Of a DNA stretch of 48,775 nt, positions 45,892 to 48,775 are shown piece by piece. The position numbers and the translations under genes were made by a program. Source of the stretch: Bacteroidia bacterium (GTDB taxonomy: Bacteria > Bacteroidota > Bacteroidia > NS11-12g > UBA955); contig JBIKKI010000003.1 of assembly GCA_044360435.1 (NCBI GenBank), forward strand, positions 1 to 48,775, written 5' to 3'. The notes under the pieces were generated by a model. That model was not told where the DNA came from and ran no database searches. It saw nothing but the letters and a program-made list of their open reading frames with translations. The number at the start of each line of letters is the position of its first letter. Position 1 is the stretch's first letter.

Positions 45892-48774
45892 TCAGCGCAA
45901 GAGCGACAGGTTGCCATTGATTACAAACAGCTTCCCATCATAACCCACTCCTTTTATCTGGAATGCATACACGCCCTGTGCACATGAACGTCCTTCATAG
46001 GTTCCATCCCATGCCGCATCAGGGTTGTTTGTTTCAAAAACTTTACCGCCCCAACGGTTGAAAATACGCATTTCAAATTGACGGGCCGGATCAAATTGTT
46101 CTTTTACAATATACAAGGAACGCGCAGTAAAAACATCATTTTGACCATCACCATTTGGTGTAAATGCGTTGGGTGCAAATAGCCTGGAGGCCGGCACCAG
46201 GTAGACATGATTGCTCACAGAAGTATCGATACGTCCGGAAGCCCTGAGTGCAAGCACCCTGTAGCGCAGTGTATCGTTGGAAATGCTCAGCGCATTTGGA
46301 TCATTCCAATTTAGTGTTTGCGGCGAAAGGCTTATCATGGTTTTAAAAACACCTTGCTGATCCAACCGTTGAACCTGGTATTCCTTAATCCCTTCAGGCC
46401 ATTCCTTATATGGTGTCCATTCAATGGAAGCGATGTCGCCGTTCATCTTGCCTGCAGCAAAGATGGTTGTTCCCGGAATGCCCCAACCGGATGCTCCACC
46501 GCAATGATCCATATAGCTGATGGCATAGGTTTCTGCATTTCGATTCACTTTCGCTGTAAAATCACTGAATCGGTTTGTCTTGGTGCGGCCAACTTCATTC
46601 CAGCCACTCCCCTGAGCCTTTCCAACCAAGTATGTAATGCCAGAATAGTAATCGGGGGCATGTTCCCAGGCCACGGAGGCAAAGGCAGAATTCACCACAG
46701 AGACCAATTGCATGGGTATTAAATTCCGTGGAACATCATACAAGGGCTTTCCGCAGGTTGTATTGCTTCTGGATGTCCAGCCATTTTTGTGATGCGCCAC
46801 GACATAATAACAATAATCATGACTGCACAACAAGGTGTCCAAAAGGTTCAACTGCCAGGGCTTCACCTGACGGTACGGGGTAAATGTACTTCCATCTTTG
46901 GAACGAAATACCTCGTAATACTGAACCTCCTGCCAACCTTTGTAAGGGGTCCATTTCAACTCCAATGCATACGGCATTCCAGGCGGGAGTTCCACTTCGG
47001 CAAGGATGGTACAGTGGGAAACGCCAAAACCACTGCGCATGCCGCAGCTGTCGGCCACCTGAATGGCGTAACATACACTTTGCGCAGCAAGCGAATTCCC
47101 ATGAATGTAAGAATAAGTGGTATCTCTGAAATTGCTGAATGTTCTTTTCAGGAAATAAGCCGCACTGTCCTGATGCAACAGGTATTTTTCAAAATCTTTC
47201 TTTTGGTACGGATTCCATGACACGTACACCGACTTGTTATCAGGTGCAACGGTTACGAATTTCAGTTCGGGATTTTCCGGTGGAACGGTATCCTTAACAA
47301 ACACAGACCTTGATGCCTGAACAAAACAGAGGTTACTGTCCATAATGGTAAGGCTCACTGTTTTCTGGAAGGGCGTTTTATAGGTCCATGATGCGCGCTC
47401 TTTATTGCTGAAATCCATTAAAGAAGTTTCATCGCCAAAGTCCCACTGACGTCTTTGGATTCCGGTTTTTCCCTGAACCAGCGCTGTGAAGTGTATAGGA
47501 TCTCCAAAGCATACTGAATCACCTGAAATGCCGATGTTCACAACCGGACTAGGAAATACGGTAATAGGTTGTGGCCAGGTAAAGGTATCTCTGCAACCAT
47601 TGTCATTTTCAGCAATCAACGTTGGCTTCCACATACCAGGAGTGTATTGCCATTGGGGATCGGGTAAAGTGAGGTCCACCACACCGTCGCTCTCGAAATC
47701 CCAGTACAATTGCTTCCAGAACATGGATTTATTCGTGAAACGCGCCAGTTCCGGAATACACAATTGCTGGTCTTCTACGGTGAAGGAAGCTTCAGCACCT
47801 GATATCACCACAACAGAATCGCGGCTCTTCGCATACACAAAACAACCCAGTGAATCAACCAAGGCTATGGATGGATAGTATGCCTGATAAGGAAGGGATT
47901 TGTTCCCGACTAAATAGGTATGCGTTCCCAAACCTGTGGAATCTTTCACAATTCCGTTTCCATAATCCATGTAGTAGCGGCTGTAGGAGGTGCTATTGTT
48001 TCGAAAATAAACCGTCAACGGTTCACAGCCTTTATTCTGTTCCAGTTGCAAATTAGCTACCGGTCCAATCACTTTGATGTATTTGAATCGGGTGAGCGAA
48101 TCCCTGCATCCATATTTGGATTCTGCAACCAGCTTCACGTCAATACCGGTAGGATTGTTGAAGTTGAAGACCTTCTGTGCTGCTTTATTGTTCAGTGAAA
48201 TGGTAATGGATGGATCGTTGCCAAACGTCCAGTAGCTCTTGGCCGCCATCCAGCTGGTATTGTTGAGTTCCACCATTTTCGGTGCGCAATAGGCTACCGT
48301 ATCCTGAGTGAAAAAACCAGCTTTGATAGAATCGATTTGTATCGGAAGATTGAAGGTGTCTGAGCATTCAGATGCCTTAAACACAATAAGGCTCATGAGG
48401 TAATTTCCTGCCTTGGGAAATATAAACCTCGGGGTTCTTGAAGTATCTGTGGGCAGGATTTTAACCCCCTGATGCGCGCCAACCCACTTAAAATGCGTGG
48501 CTACTTTACTTGAATAATTGATGACTTGGTAGGTGTCGCGGGGACAACGTTTAGATCCACCCAGGGCAAAGCCACTGGAAATCCCGCCATAGGCAGTGAT
48601 ATATATGGATGAATCCAGGCAACCGCTTTTCCCGCGATAGCGAAGATTGAAAAACTGTTTCCCTTTGTAAACAACGGCCCTTGTGCTGAGCAGTAATGGA
48701 GAATCAATCAGCGACTGCCGGGGAAGGTATCCACTCCAACTGTGGGTGGGTTTGACGTTGTTCTTTTCATAGTC
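45892..48774 (-). CDS. PKD/FN3-like protein with T9SS type B (gliding-motility-associated) CTD, 5'-truncated
   Basis: I translated upstream of the track's ATG (48396) and the frame stays open to the window edge with further PKD-like sequence. C-terminal APNAFTPNGDGQND..IFNRWG..WDG..GNLSLLR. Confidence 0.88.
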   Translation of the reverse strand, partial: DYEKNNVKPTHSWSGYLPRQSLIDSPLLLSTRAVVYKGKQFFNLRYRGKSGCLDSSIYITAYGGISSGFALGGSKRCPRDTYQVINYSSKVATHFKWVGAHQGVKILPTDTSRTPRFIFPKAGNYLMSLIVFKASECSDTFNLPIQIDSIKAGFFTQDTVAYCAPKMVELNNTSWMAAKSYWTFGNDPSITISLNNKAAQKVFNFNNPTGIDVKLVAESKYGCRDSLTRFKYIKVIGPVANLQLEQNKGCEPLTVYFRNNSTSYSRYYMDYGNGIVKDSTGLGTHTYLVGNKSLPYQAYYPSIALVDSLGCFVYAKSRDSVVVISGAEASFTVEDQQLCIPELARFTNKSMFWKQLYWDFESDGVVDLTLPDPQWQYTPGMWKPTLIAENDNGCRDTFTWPQPITVFPSPVVNIGISGDSVCFGDPIHFTALVQGKTGIQRRQWDFGDETSLMDFSNKERASWTYKTPFQKTVSLTIMDSNLCFVQASRSVFVKDTVPPENPELKFVTVAPDNKSVYVSWNPYQKKDFEKYLLHQDSAAYFLKRTFSNFRDTTYSYIHGNSLAAQSVCYAIQVADSCGMRSGFGVSHCTILAEVELPPGMPYALELKWTPYKGWQEVQYYEVFRSKDGSTFTPYRQVKPWQLNLLDTLLCSHDYCYYVVAHHKNGWTSRSNTTCGKPLYDVPRNLIPMQLVSVVNSAFASVAWEHAPDYYSGITYLVGKAQGSGWNEVGRTKTNRFSDFTAKVNRNAETYAISYMDHCGGASGWGIPGTTIFAAGKMNGDIASIEWTPYKEWPEGIKEYQVQRLDQQGVFKTMISLSPQTLNWNDPNALSISNDTLRYRVLALRASGRIDTSVSNHVYLVPASRLFAPNAFTPNGDGQNDVFTARSLYIVKEQFDPARQFEMRIFNRWGGKVFETNNPDAAWDGTYEGRSCAQGVYAFQIKGVGYDGKLFVINGNLSLLR

Positions 48775-48775
48775 C

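Noticed and set aside
48397-48775. Separate 68-aa ORF (48501-48707) or a frameshifted pseudogene
   Set aside because: The main PKD frame is open through this region, so it is one gene truncated by the window edge.

Overview
A gene-dense chromosomal segment from a member of the Bacteroidota. The assignment rests on T9SS C-terminal sorting domains, HmuY proteins, TAnnTTTG promoter elements and an rpsF-rpsR-rplI operon without ssb/priB. I found no rRNA, tRNA, CRISPR array, transposase or phage genes. Housekeeping genes are tsaD (5'-truncated), xth, lepA, rpsF/rpsR/rplI, corA, hscA-like, gcvT, tpiA, fabI, pdxH and ffh. Accessory envelope loci: (i) an amino-sugar pathway (oxidoreductase, acetyltransferase, aminotransferase, GT2) divergent from a GT-C/TPR membrane glycosyltransferase; (ii) a likely heme-uptake operon with a Fur-like palindrome, made of a T9SS-secreted HmuY-like protein, a TonB-dependent receptor and a tandem HmuY-like lipoprotein; (iii) three large PKD-rich T9SS cargo proteins; (iv) a divergent HTH regulator / CsgG-like secreted protein pair; (v) a ~1460-aa beta-rich exported protein with internal repeats. 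Non-coding signals include an inverted heptamer array (TAGTTGG)2...(CCAACTA)8+1 between convergent genes, strong SD sequences before rpsR and rplI, an ECF-like promoter and two intrinsic terminators. All family calls come from recognising motifs by eye; no searches were run. Several start codons are moved from the ORF track.
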